Below, one piece after another: positions 49,140 through 58,636 of a stretch of DNA of 64,000 nt; position 1 is the first letter of the stretch, and each line of letters begins with the position of its first letter. Under the pieces are notes generated by a model. It was not told the DNA's origin and ran no database searches. It saw nothing but the letters and a program-made list of their open reading frames with translations. A program made the translations under genes and the position numbers. This DNA comes from Candidatus Peregrinibacteria bacterium. GTDB taxonomy: Bacteria > Patescibacteriota > Gracilibacteria > UBA1369. Location of the stretch: the NCBI GenBank assembly GCA_963708185.1, contig OY970195.1, positions 1,184,001 through 1,248,000 of the forward strand, in the 5' to 3' direction.

Positions 49140-51287
49140 TTAGAGACTCGTGATTGTCAGGAGTCCACGATATCTTCCCGGTACGGTTCCGCGCGGGATC
49201 TTGATTTCGAGCTTCGGATTCATGGCGAAGATGGTCTTGCTCTGGATGTTCGACGTGCCGGGCTGGACGTTGACGAGGATGGATTTATCGAAGGTTCCCT
49301 GAATGGTTTTTCTGGCTCCGGGAACGACCTGCGCGCCGTCGGTCTGTCTGAGAATCCTGGTTTCACCCGGGATGACGGTAAGGTTTCCGGCGGGAATGAC
49401 GCCGCGTCCGGAAAGCGATACGAAGTTGGTGGTACCGATGTAGGTGTTCCAGGGAGTGTTCTTGTTCTGCACGAAGATGAGCGTGCCGAGATCCTGTGCC
49501 GAAGTTTTGTCCTGTTTGAAGGAGAACTGTTGCGGCGGGAACTGGATAGTATCGCTCGGGACGAAAGTGAAGTTGAGGTTCGGCGTCGCCGCGATTTCCT
49601 GGACTATTTCCGGGGTCGCTTCCAGAGCGCGGATGAGCGAAGGATCGGTTTCGATCTTGGTCAGGGCGTTTTCGGTGCTGATCTTTTTAACGTAATCGGA
49701 GGTGAGAATGAACTCGGAAAGGACTTCCGGCGTCGCGGGGATATCCTGGAAGATGCTCTTAAGTTCGGGGATGTTGATGTTCACTTCCGGCGTGGCTTCG
49801 TTTTCCGGCGTCGCGTTGAGTTCGTTGAGCGTGGCCAGTGCCCGCAGCTGGGCGGCGGTGACGGCCTTGATGTCGATGCTGGCCGCGAACTGGCGGTTCG
49901 GAATGACGATGTGGCTGCCGATGAGTTTCTGGAGATCGAACGTTTTGACGATTCCGGTGTTGTAGTTTTCAAAAGTGAGTTTGGGGGCTGAAGCGCCGGT
50001 CGGCGTTACGGTCAATACCACGCCGTCGTTGTTGGAGGTGGTACTCAGGTTGAAGTTGACGACGGTCCCGTCATTGACGACGTTGACAGCGTCCATGGGT
50101 TCGAGGTCGAGCGTCTGTTTGATGACGGCTTTGGCTCCCGTGAAGGTGATCTGGCCGTGCCAGTCCATTTTGTCGTTTTTGTGAATGACGAGTTTGCGCA
50201 GGTCTCCCCATTTGACGGTGACTTCATAACTGTCGGGAGGTCCCTGCTGGAGGACGTCGGCGAACAGAGGCTGCGGCATTTTGATGGTGGCGAGCGGAAC
50301 AGTCACTATGGCGCTGACGATGAGAATGCCGAGGAAGCTTGAGGCTTTCTGGAATTCGGCGCTATTGAAAAGTTTTTTGAAACTGAAGGCGGGGGCTTTT
50401 TGGGACGATCTTGCTTTGCTGGTGACGAACGATCCGCCCATGGCAAGCGCCGCGAGCAAAAGCAGGGCCCAGTATGGGACGACAACCAAGGTGCCGGCGT
50501 TGAATTCGGTCCGACCGTTGACGGCCTGGTCCGACGTGAGCATGAGGCTGTAGACGCCAAAGGCTGGTTTTTTCACCGTGAGCTGGACGGAAGTTTTTTC
50601 TCCCGGGCGGGCGTAGACGCCGGTTTTTTGAACTGCGACTGTTTCGCCGCGGATGTTTTGGAGCTCGAGCGAAACCGGGCTGTCGAAATCCGTGGTGCCC
50701 TGGTTTTGCAGGACAAAGTTCACGCCAGCGCTGTTGAAGGTCTGGGTGACCTGCCCGGTGGTGACGGTACTGGAATCGATGACGTTTCCTTTGACGTTGA
50801 GGTAGACGCGGACGCCTTTTTCAACGTGGAATTCCGTTCCCTGGGCGATGTTTTTTTCGCGGACGATGACGGCGCCGGCGTGAAGGCCGATGCCCCCGTT
50901 TAGGGGGATTCTGATGGTCACGGGAACGATCTTGGTTTCTCCGCTGTTGATGGTAAGTTCCGTCGCCGGCATGGTCATCCAGGGAGCTATTTTTTGAGGA
51001 GCTTCTTCCCTGGTCTGGGCCACGAAATTTTCGCTGAGTTTTTTGGAAGAGTCGGTGCTGTAGAGTTCGACCTGTTTGGCTTCGGGTCCGAAGTTGGCAA
51101 TCTGGACGTAACGGATGACGCTGTCGCCGCGGTTGGCGTATTCAACAAACCACTGGCCGTTTGAGGAGTCCCCCTGGAGCGGCTGAACATCGAGCGTGCC
51201 CATGTCGAGGTACGCGGCGCGGCTGACGTTTGCACAGAGCAGCGTCAGGATCGCGGTGATGAGAGTTGTGGTTCGTAAGAATTTCAT
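49140..51287 (-). CDS. Hybrid protein: DUF916/DUF3324-like domains, two TMs, beta domain, ATPE repeats, C-terminal WxL-like domain
   Basis: G…V..AN…LYSTD…W…SGE…V.I.IP…H.GAV; TMs at ~aa 268-288 and ~316-335; ends IKIPRGTVPGRYRGLLTITSL. Confidence 0.75.
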   Translation of the reverse strand: MKFLRTTTLITAILTLLCANVSRAAYLDMGTLDVQPLQGDSSNGQWFVEYANRGDSVIRYVQIANFGPEAKQVELYSTDSSKKLSENFVAQTREEAPQKIAPWMTMPATELTINSGETKIVPVTIRIPLNGGIGLHAGAVIVREKNIAQGTEFHVEKGVRVYLNVKGNVIDSSTVTTGQVTQTFNSAGVNFVLQNQGTTDFDSPVSLELQNIRGETVAVQKTGVYARPGEKTSVQLTVKKPAFGVYSLMLTSDQAVNGRTEFNAGTLVVVPYWALLLLAALAMGGSFVTSKARSSQKAPAFSFKKLFNSAEFQKASSFLGILIVSAIVTVPLATIKMPQPLFADVLQQGPPDSYEVTVKWGDLRKLVIHKNDKMDWHGQITFTGAKAVIKQTLDLEPMDAVNVVNDGTVVNFNLSTTSNNDGVVLTVTPTGASAPKLTFENYNTGIVKTFDLQKLIGSHIVIPNRQFAASIDIKAVTAAQLRALATLNELNATPENEATPEVNINIPELKSIFQDIPATPEVLSEFILTSDYVKKISTENALTKIETDPSLIRALEATPEIVQEIAATPNLNFTFVPSDTIQFPPQQFSFKQDKTSAQDLGTLIFVQNKNTPWNTYIGTTNFVSLSGRGVIPAGNLTVIPGETRILRQTDGAQVVPGARKTIQGTFDKSILVNVQPGTSNIQSKTIFAMNPKLEIKIPRGTVPGRYRGLLTITSL

Positions 51288-51296
51288 GGTCGGGAT

Positions 51297-51902
51297 TTAG
51301 GTTGTCATGATGGTGATGGTCAGCGTTCCGGAATAGTTTCCGATGGCGGTGTTTCCCGGCGTGAGTTCCTGGAGTTCAGGATAGATGCGCCATGTTCCGG
51401 GGCTGGCTCCGGTCCCGTTGAGAAGGACCCTTTGCTGGTCGAGAGCGGCCGGTGAACTTGTTGAAGCGTCGAGCGAAACGTAGTTGGAAGAACCTTCGAT
51501 GGTGTCGATGGAGTTGCTCGATCCGTCGTTGTTGAGTATTGAAAGGTTCGCTTTGGGAATGCAGTTGTTGGTGTTGCAGATGCCGTTGCCTCCAGGAGTA
51601 AGATCCGTGGCGCCGATGGCGACGCTGAAAGCGCTTCCGCCATTCTGATCGCTGACTTCGAGATATGGCGGAGCCGGCGGGCTTCCGGTCTGTGCCACGT
51701 CCTTGAAATCGATCGCGGACTGCTGGTCGTCAAAGGAGAACGGCTGTGGCGCGAAATCAAGACTGCTCGGTCCGTGGACGGTAAACCCTCCTCCGGTCAC
51801 TACGATCTCAATCGGCTGCGCGAGTACCGTCGCCGTATTGGCGACGCACAGTGCGAGGCTGATCCAGAAGAGTGCGGTTTGTTTTTTCTTGGTGAGTTTC
51901 AT
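51297..51902 (-). CDS. Small WxL-like secreted protein
   Basis: IVVTGGGFTV..PSSLDF, LEVSDQNGGSAFSVAIGATD, IP.ANL; ends TPGNTAIGNYSGTLTITI. Confidence 0.78.
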   Translation of the reverse strand: MKLTKKKQTALFWISLALCVANTATVLAQPIEIVVTGGGFTVHGPSSLDFAPQPFSFDDQQSAIDFKDVAQTGSPPAPPYLEVSDQNGGSAFSVAIGATDLTPGGNGICNTNNCIPKANLSILNNDGSSNSIDTIEGSSNYVSLDASTSSPAALDQQRVLLNGTGASPGTWRIYPELQELTPGNTAIGNYSGTLTITIMTT

Positions 51903-51911
51903 AAGGTTTGA

Positions 51912-54900
51912 TTAAGCGGAGGTGATCGTAATGGTGCCGGTGTAGGTTCCCGGAGGAGTCAATGCTGGTACGGTGATCTTGAATTCGGGGAAGAACTGGA
52001 TCTCAGCCGTATCGCTGTTGTTGGAGATTTTGTCCAGAAGCGTCTGCGAAGAGTCGAGAGGGACATAGTCACAGCTTGAACTGTTCAGGCTGAAGTCCGA
52101 CGGGTCGCCGAACGGTGCAATGAACGATTGGGTTGCCTGTGCCGTTCCGCATGTTCCGGAGTCGACAACGCCAGGATGATCGCCGTCGTAGTTTTTAATA
52201 AATATGTTTGATGCGGGTATGCTGTAGGTTTTTCCGGAAGGATCGTCGTAGGTGAAATCCGAAGAGTCGATGGTGACGGAGTAGCAGAGGTTTCCCGGAC
52301 AGGTCGTAGACCCGCCGGAGTTACCGCCGAGATCTTCAATTTGAAAATATTGCGGTTGACCGGGCGCCGTGTTTTCGTCGACCTGACGGAAGACGTCCGT
52401 GTCTACGGTCGTCGACGCGGTGATGGCCGGGAATTCGATGCTTGAAGGAATGGTCAACGTTTTTCCGCCCTGGGTGATGGTCAGTTGGGCCGACGTCGGA
52501 AGCTGGGGAAGCGTCTGGACGAAGGTCGGATTGTTGAGGAGCTGGAACACCGCTCCCTGGGAATCGGAAGATCCGTTGTATCCGCCGTCCCATCCGGCAA
52601 TGGCCAGTCCGTTTTCATTCATGTCAACGCTCGGCGTTTCCTGGTTGCCCTGTCCGCTGGTGCTCACGACGAAACCGACGCCGAAGTTGGCGGTTGATGG
52701 TGAAGATTCATAAAATTTTCCTTCGACTTCGCGCGAACCGCTGTTGTTATACTCTTTTGTCCAGACAATGAGGAAGGATCCGTTGTTGGCGTCGGCGCTG
52801 ATTCTTGAAAAGTAGCTGTTGGTCGCTTCAATGGAATCCGCAGGGTAGACGGTGAAGGTCGGATCCGTGACCGTCGGAGCGCTTCCGGCAAAATTTCCGG
52901 CGTAGCGTGCGGCGACGATGCTCGGGTTGTTGCAGTCCGTCGTATCACACAGTGTCCATGTCACGATATATTCGGTGGGTGAGATAAAAGCGACGTCGGA
53001 GTCTTCATTTGGAATGGAGGTCGCAGGCACGATCGTAAAATTGCCAGCGGATGAAAGCGTCGCGCCGTTGGCTTCACGTCCGAAGAGGCGATAGACGAAC
53101 GAAGCCGATACGTCACCTTCCGTCCAGGTGTAGACGATTTTGTCGTTCCCGCTCTCGTCGGGATAAAGGTCGATGCCGTTGTAGTTGTATGGGAATACGC
53201 AATTGCCTGATGGTCCGTTACAATCACTCAGCGTGGAGGGATTGAAACCGCTTTCGGTGTGGTAGTTTCCGGTGATGATCTCTTCCGGCGTCGGAATGTT
53301 CTGGCTGTAGAAGACGGCAAAACGGTCGATGACCGAGGATGTGGTGTCATTATAATAGCCGGCCTTCACCTGGGTTGAAGAGTACGTGACTCCGCCGCCG
53401 ACAATGGCAACGTTGACGGGGAGTTCGGTCGCCGTGGCGGCGGTTCCGGATGAATCGAATTCGCGGTACATGACCTGGGGGCCCGCTCCGGCGTTATTGG
53501 GATCGTTGCCGTTCCAGACAATAACGAATCTGTCGGTGCCGGATCCGTTGGTGTCTTTAAAGAAGTCGATCGAGGGTTGGTCGACGCTCGAATCGTCCAC
53601 GGTGTCTGCTTTGGCGTTTTGAACGATGATGTTTCCGCCGGCGTCGTACAGGCTGTAGAAAACTCTGGTTTGTCCGGATACGCTGTCGGATCCGAGGTAG
53701 GCGACGGCGCGGTATCCGTTTGGAGCGATGGCTGAAGTTACTTCATATTCCGAGGTGCCCGTTGGTGTGTGGGCGAGCGTCTCAGCGCCGTTCTTGAAGA
53801 TGTCGGTGCCATACCCTTTCAGACGCACGTCAAAGTTCGCGGAGGTGTTGAGACTTGTCCACATGATGCCGTATTGACCGTCCTTGTCTTTCGCAATGGA
53901 TGGATTGGTCTGATCATTCGCGGAGTCACCGTAGATATTTTCATTGACCTGGAAGGCGTTGTCGACGCGATGACCGAGGTAATCGTAGTTGATGGCGTGA
54001 ATGTTCTGGTCGCTGGTGTCGGTCTGTTGCCATACGGCGGTGAAGTCACCCATGTAATCCATGGCAACGGCCGGATTGCTTCCGCTTGCGTTGAGGTTGA
54101 GTTCAACATTGCCCAGCGGACATCCAGCAGCCGTACAACGGTCGACGAGTTTGGCGTCGATGTCGGTGCCGCCGGCTTCGTAGGCAATGACGAATTTTCC
54201 TCCCGGGACCGTGCCGGTGCCCGGTTCAGTCGATTTATCCGAAGCCACGGAAGGCGTCACGGCCGGCGACGTCGAGTTGACGCGAACGTTGTTGGCGCTG
54301 CCTCCCCACGGTGAGTTGCTTGAGTCATAGCCCTGCATCCAGACTTCGTCGGTGGAAGGGTAGCCGGTGCCCGGGCCGTTCCATGTGACGAGAGTTTCCT
54401 GGAAGTTGTTCATGGCGACGGAAGGGTTGACCTGCGCGCCGGTCGTATAGGTGTTGACGAGGGTGTTCGAGCCGACCGGAGTGATCCCGCCGAGAGCGTA
54501 CGAGATGTCGTAGCGCTGCATGTAAATGCCGTCGGTGTCGCCGGTGCCTTCACCCTGCCAGACGACGACGAAATGTCCCTGGTCGCCCGCGGCGGAGTTG
54601 GTGTCGAAATCCATGGCGATTTTTGGAGAGGATTGTATGCCGGTGGTAGAGGTGTTGACGAGAATGGATGAGGCGATGGCTGCGCCGGTGTTGTCGTAGA
54701 CGCTCACGTAAATGCCGTCGGCATCACCGCTGCCGTTGCCCTGCCAGACGATGGCATAGTCGCCGACTTTATCCATGGCGACGGAAGGGTTGGTCTGGTC
54801 TCCGGCGAGCGTGGTGTTCACGCGTACCGGTCCGCCGGACGACGGGTCAGGTCCGGTTTGGGTATTGAAACGTTCGTAGTAGATTCCGCTGCCGTTGCCG

Positions 54901-55181
54901 CCGCCGTCACAGGCGTCGTCCTGCCATACCAGGATGTAGTTGGTATTATTGTCCACGGCAACGGAGCTCGCGGACTGGCCGGCATTCGGATCACAACTTG
55001 GGGAAGGTACGAGTGAAGAAAGCACGTCGCCTTCGTCGCCGCGGTAGACCTCGGCTTTGGCGAGGTTGGTTCTGAAAAGATTTTCCAAGACGTTCTGCTG
55101 GAAAACGAGGGTCAGTCCGATGACGGCGATGGATATCGCCGCAACGGATTTTTTGACGGAATGTGGGGTGCGTTTATTCAT
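51912..55181 (-). CDS. Large acidic repeat protein (putative propeller adhesin) with C-terminal WxL-like domain
   Basis: Repeats VNT.T.G.Q..PSVAMD..G…VW; C-terminus LTITQGG.TL..PSSIEF…VPALTPPGTYTGTITITSA. Confidence 0.8.
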   Translation of the reverse strand: MNKRTPHSVKKSVAAISIAVIGLTLVFQQNVLENLFRTNLAKAEVYRGDEGDVLSSLVPSPSCDPNAGQSASSVAVDNNTNYILVWQDDACDGGGNGSGIYYERFNTQTGPDPSSGGPVRVNTTLAGDQTNPSVAMDKVGDYAIVWQGNGSGDADGIYVSVYDNTGAAIASSILVNTSTTGIQSSPKIAMDFDTNSAAGDQGHFVVVWQGEGTGDTDGIYMQRYDISYALGGITPVGSNTLVNTYTTGAQVNPSVAMNNFQETLVTWNGPGTGYPSTDEVWMQGYDSSNSPWGGSANNVRVNSTSPAVTPSVASDKSTEPGTGTVPGGKFVIAYEAGGTDIDAKLVDRCTAAGCPLGNVELNLNASGSNPAVAMDYMGDFTAVWQQTDTSDQNIHAINYDYLGHRVDNAFQVNENIYGDSANDQTNPSIAKDKDGQYGIMWTSLNTSANFDVRLKGYGTDIFKNGAETLAHTPTGTSEYEVTSAIAPNGYRAVAYLGSDSVSGQTRVFYSLYDAGGNIIVQNAKADTVDDSSVDQPSIDFFKDTNGSGTDRFVIVWNGNDPNNAGAGPQVMYREFDSSGTAATATELPVNVAIVGGGVTYSSTQVKAGYYNDTTSSVIDRFAVFYSQNIPTPEEIITGNYHTESGFNPSTLSDCNGPSGNCVFPYNYNGIDLYPDESGNDKIVYTWTEGDVSASFVYRLFGREANGATLSSAGNFTIVPATSIPNEDSDVAFISPTEYIVTWTLCDTTDCNNPSIVAARYAGNFAGSAPTVTDPTFTVYPADSIEATNSYFSRISADANNGSFLIVWTKEYNNSGSREVEGKFYESSPSTANFGVGFVVSTSGQGNQETPSVDMNENGLAIAGWDGGYNGSSDSQGAVFQLLNNPTFVQTLPQLPTSAQLTITQGGKTLTIPSSIEFPAITASTTVDTDVFRQVDENTAPGQPQYFQIEDLGGNSGGSTTCPGNLCYSVTIDSSDFTYDDPSGKTYSIPASNIFIKNYDGDHPGVVDSGTCGTAQATQSFIAPFGDPSDFSLNSSSCDYVPLDSSQTLLDKISNNSDTAEIQFFPEFKITVPALTPPGTYTGTITITSA

Positions 55182-56355
55182 TGGTTTTTTCTTTTTTGTC
55201 TGGAGTTTTCGGGACGCGGATGGATTGTCCTTCCTTGATCAGGTACGGAGCTTTGAGCTTGTTGACGCGGACGAGTTTCTTCCAGTCCACGCTGTGTGAT
55301 TTGGCGATGTTGACGATGTTGTCATCTGGCTGAACCTGGTAGGGAACCCAGTTTTTTCTGATCTGATTCTGGTTTTTGATGTAAGCGAGGTACATGATCC
55401 CGACCGTGATAACGCAGAGCAGGAGAATCAGAAGTATTTTCCAGGGGACCACGTTGAAGGTTGATGTTTTGGATCCGAGCTGCGCGCTTCCGTGGAGCGG
55501 CTGGTTGACCGCCTGGCTTTTGATGCGGTAATCCAACTCGCTTACGGCTTTGAAGCTGCCGAAGAGCGGTTGTTTGTCCCAGCTGACGACGGGACTGATC
55601 TCCGTACCCGGGAGACTGTCACCGAGACTTTTCTGGAAACGGTCGATCTGGTTGCCCATGTTGTCGTACACGGTGATGGTGGCAATGGGTTCAAGCGCCA
55701 CGTTGCCGGTGTTTTTAATTTCGAACTGGAAGTTGGTCGTTTTATTTTTCTGGGTGGTGGTGAATCCTGTCCACAGCATGCTGTCCTTGATGGTCCCGGG
55801 AATAGTGAGGTAGATGCGCAGACCGATGCGCGTTTTGATCTGGATGTTGGTGCAGCAGATGGTCTGGCCGTTTGCGGCGGACGCCGCGAATTGCGAAATG
55901 GTCGGTGCAGGATTGGCCTCTTCAAGAACGATTCCTCCGAAGTACTGTCCCGGAGTGAGTGCGTCGGGAATTTTGATCTGGAATGGAACGTCCACGCTGC
56001 CCTGCGGCGGAACGGTGAAGGCGCTTGCGGTGTTGATGTTCGTCCATTTGCCGATTCCGTTGCGGGCTTCGTTTTCGAGCCTTAGGATAAAGCTCCCCGA
56101 GTCGTTGCTCGTGGCGTCAACGGGATAGACGCGGGCCTGGACGGGTTTGTCTCCAAGATTTTTCACCGTCGCGACATCGTTGATGATGTCGCCGGGATTT
56201 TTTTCGTAGTTAAACCAGCTCTGGTTGTTGCTGTACGGGTTGGGATCTTTGACGATGATGGTAAGATTTCCGTTCGCGCTTGCGATGCCCGGAAATAGCG
56301 CCATTAAGCTGAAAATGATCCATGACCCCGTCAGGATTTTGGAGATTTTTTTCAT
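55174..56355 (-). CDS. DUF916/DUF3324-like WxL-interacting protein, TM, C-terminal LysM
   Basis: SWFNYEKNPGD, VYPVDA, GIGKW, PGQYFGGI, RIGLRIYL, NTGN; VPW-TM; YQVQPDDNIVNIA. Confidence 0.87.
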   Translation of the reverse strand: MKKISKILTGSWIIFSLMALFPGIASANGNLTIIVKDPNPYSNNQSWFNYEKNPGDIINDVATVKNLGDKPVQARVYPVDATSNDSGSFILRLENEARNGIGKWTNINTASAFTVPPQGSVDVPFQIKIPDALTPGQYFGGIVLEEANPAPTISQFAASAANGQTICCTNIQIKTRIGLRIYLTIPGTIKDSMLWTGFTTTQKNKTTNFQFEIKNTGNVALEPIATITVYDNMGNQIDRFQKSLGDSLPGTEISPVVSWDKQPLFGSFKAVSELDYRIKSQAVNQPLHGSAQLGSKTSTFNVVPWKILLILLLCVITVGIMYLAYIKNQNQIRKNWVPYQVQPDDNIVNIAKSHSVDWKKLVRVNKLKAPYLIKEGQSIRVPKTPDKKEKTNE

Positions 56356-56390
56356 TTTTTGTTTGTGTTTTGATTCAAAACGATCAATAA

Positions 56391-56419
56391 ATTATAGCTT
56401 ATTTTGCGTCCGGGGTCAA
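56391..56419 (-). promoter_or_regulatory. Sigma70-type promoter of the 56355->49140 operon
   Basis: Minus strand TTGACC-N17-TATAAT. Confidence 0.7.
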
Positions 56420-56482
56420 CGTTTGTGGTACGGCGCCGGGAGGGTATGATGCACCTGTCGTTATTTTTCTTATTTCCATAGG

Positions 56483-58561
56483 GTGAAGGCTTTTTATTTT
56501 TTGCGTAAAATCGGGCGTCCGGGGTGGAAGGATGTGGTATGGTTCGGTGCGGTGTTCTTTGGGACGTATTTACTCTACCTGTTCACGCTTTATCCCTCCG
56601 TGGCCACCGAGGACGCCGGCGAGTTTTCCACGGCCGTGGCGACGCTCGGCGTCGCCCACCCTCCGGGCTATCCTCTCTATAGTATTCTTGGAAAAATTTT
56701 TACGCTCTTCGTGCCCTTCGGCAGCATGGCGTGGAAGGTGAATCTTTTTTCGGCTTTTTGCGGGGCAGCGGCCGCCGGACTTTTTTACTTGTGTTTGCGC
56801 ATTTTGACGCGGAAGAAGCTGTTGTCTTTTTTGGGAGCTTTGATTTTCGGAGCCGGCGGGATTTTCTGGAGCCAGGCGGTGCGCGCGGAAGTGTACACCT
56901 TGAATACGGCACTTTTCCTGTTCATTCTTTTTTTACTTTTGTTGTGGTTCGAACGCAGGGGAAAACTTGACGAAAACGAATCGAAGAATTTTTTGCTGTC
57001 GACGGCTTTTCTGTACGGATTGAGTTTGGGCAACCATTATTTGATGTTCCTGGCGGGCATTCCGTTTTTCATTTTCGCGATGATGGCGGCGCCGAAATTT
57101 TTCCGCGACTGGAAATTTTTGGGCAAGGCGATGCTGTTTTTCGGCTGCGGGCTCGCCGTGTATCTTTATCTGCCGATCCGTGCCGCGATGCATCCCGGAC
57201 TCAACTGGGGCGATCCTTCGACCTGGCAGGGTTTCTGGGACACGGTGACGAGGAAACTTTATTCATCGGGAAGCATCGACGCTTCGATGCAGCTCGTACC
57301 GGCCAAGCAAAGCGGCCCCGGATTTTTGTCCGGGTCGTGGTTCGGGAACTTATGGAGCTATCACCTGTGGCAGATGCTGTGGTACGTGCTTCAGCATTTT
57401 TCCGAGGATTTTTTCTGGGGACTTCTGATATTCTCGCCGTTCGGCCTGTGGTGGCTCCGCAAAAAATCGAAGGTCCATTTTTGGCTGATGATCGCGCTGT
57501 TTGGTTTTTACAGCCTGGCACTTTCCGATCTGCTCGGACTTGGATTTACCGATAAGCTTCCCGTGGATTTTTTCAAAGACCGTCCTTTTTTCATTCCTGT
57601 TCTGACCGTTTTATGTTTCCTGAGCATTTTGGGCGTCCATGATGTTGCGGAAAAATTTTTCAAACGCGGTGCGAGAAAAATCGTTGCGGTCCTGCTCGCG
57701 GGGTTGCTTGTCTTTAACATTTTTACGCATTTCGGGGCGGAAGATCAGAGCCATAATTACGTCGCACACGATCTGGCGAAACTTATCCTGGACATTCTTC
57801 CTCCGAACGCCGTTTACATCGTGCAGAACGGCGACAATACGCTTTTCCCCATTTTGTATATGAACAAAGTCGAAGGGTTGCGGCGGGATGTTCGTTTTTA
57901 CATTCCGAGTCCGATCAACGTCTACGATTTTTTTACCGATTTCCAGACGCTTGAAAAGCAGAATCCTGGACGAAGAATTTTTACAGATTTCCCTTTCGCG
58001 GATTATCCCGGAAAAACCTACGCTTACCTCGGACCGATCAGCGAGATCGTTCCGGTACAGAATATCGATATGCAGAAAGCCATCATTCCGTTGCTTGAAA
58101 AGACGGTGATCCGTGGTATCTCGTCAGGAAATCTGGACCATTTCAACGCCTATCTCAAGGGGCGTTTCGCTTTGGACCTGGGTCTGGCTTTCGGCGGAAT
58201 CGACGATCTCCAGCAGAGCAAACTTTTCGCCGACGCGACGACCTCGGCTCCCGGAAGCGTCAATATTTTCAGCCAACTCATCGGAAATTATTATGTGCGC
58301 AGAAGTGCTTTCCGTGAGGCGATTTCTTATCTGGAAAAAGCCCATACGTTTTATCCCGAGGAATATCCCATCAATTTCGAACTGCTTCTTTCCTATATTA
58401 TGATCGGCGATCCGCAGCATGCGGAGCCGTATTTCATGACGCTCGTCCAGAACAACCGCGATCTGTTTTTGAATGAATACGCCAAGCTGAAAACGTTGTT
58501 CCCGGATGCTTCCCGGCAGTTCGACGCTTTTGAAAAATTTCTCCAACAGCGCGCCCAGTAA
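56483..58561 (+). CDS. DUF2723 / TMEM260-like GT-C glycosyltransferase with C-terminal TPR
   Basis: EDAGEF…LGVAHPPGYPLY, FWSQAVRAEVYTL, NH, YLYLPIR, GDN..FP..Y…RRDV. Confidence 0.88.
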   Translation: MKAFYFLRKIGRPGWKDVVWFGAVFFGTYLLYLFTLYPSVATEDAGEFSTAVATLGVAHPPGYPLYSILGKIFTLFVPFGSMAWKVNLFSAFCGAAAAGLFYLCLRILTRKKLLSFLGALIFGAGGIFWSQAVRAEVYTLNTALFLFILFLLLLWFERRGKLDENESKNFLLSTAFLYGLSLGNHYLMFLAGIPFFIFAMMAAPKFFRDWKFLGKAMLFFGCGLAVYLYLPIRAAMHPGLNWGDPSTWQGFWDTVTRKLYSSGSIDASMQLVPAKQSGPGFLSGSWFGNLWSYHLWQMLWYVLQHFSEDFFWGLLIFSPFGLWWLRKKSKVHFWLMIALFGFYSLALSDLLGLGFTDKLPVDFFKDRPFFIPVLTVLCFLSILGVHDVAEKFFKRGARKIVAVLLAGLLVFNIFTHFGAEDQSHNYVAHDLAKLILDILPPNAVYIVQNGDNTLFPILYMNKVEGLRRDVRFYIPSPINVYDFFTDFQTLEKQNPGRRIFTDFPFADYPGKTYAYLGPISEIVPVQNIDMQKAIIPLLEKTVIRGISSGNLDHFNAYLKGRFALDLGLAFGGIDDLQQSKLFADATTSAPGSVNIFSQLIGNYYVRRSAFREAISYLEKAHTFYPEEYPINFELLLSYIMIGDPQHAEPYFMTLVQNNRDLFLNEYAKLKTLFPDASRQFDAFEKFLQQRAQ

Positions 58562-58581
58562 AAGAATGGCGCGTTAAATGC

Positions 58582-58610
58582 TTTACGGTTTCGAAAAAAT
58601 GTTCTATAAT
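58582..58610 (+). promoter_or_regulatory. Sigma70-type promoter of 58637 gene
   Basis: TTTACG-N17-TATAAT. Confidence 0.55.
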
Positions 58611-58636
58611 TTTAGGAATACATTATTTTTGGACCA

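Noticed and set aside
38579-56355. Classical chaperone-usher, sortase or type IV pilus locus
   Set aside because: No usher beta-barrel, sortase/LPxTG motifs, class III prepilin signal or assembly ATPase in the window
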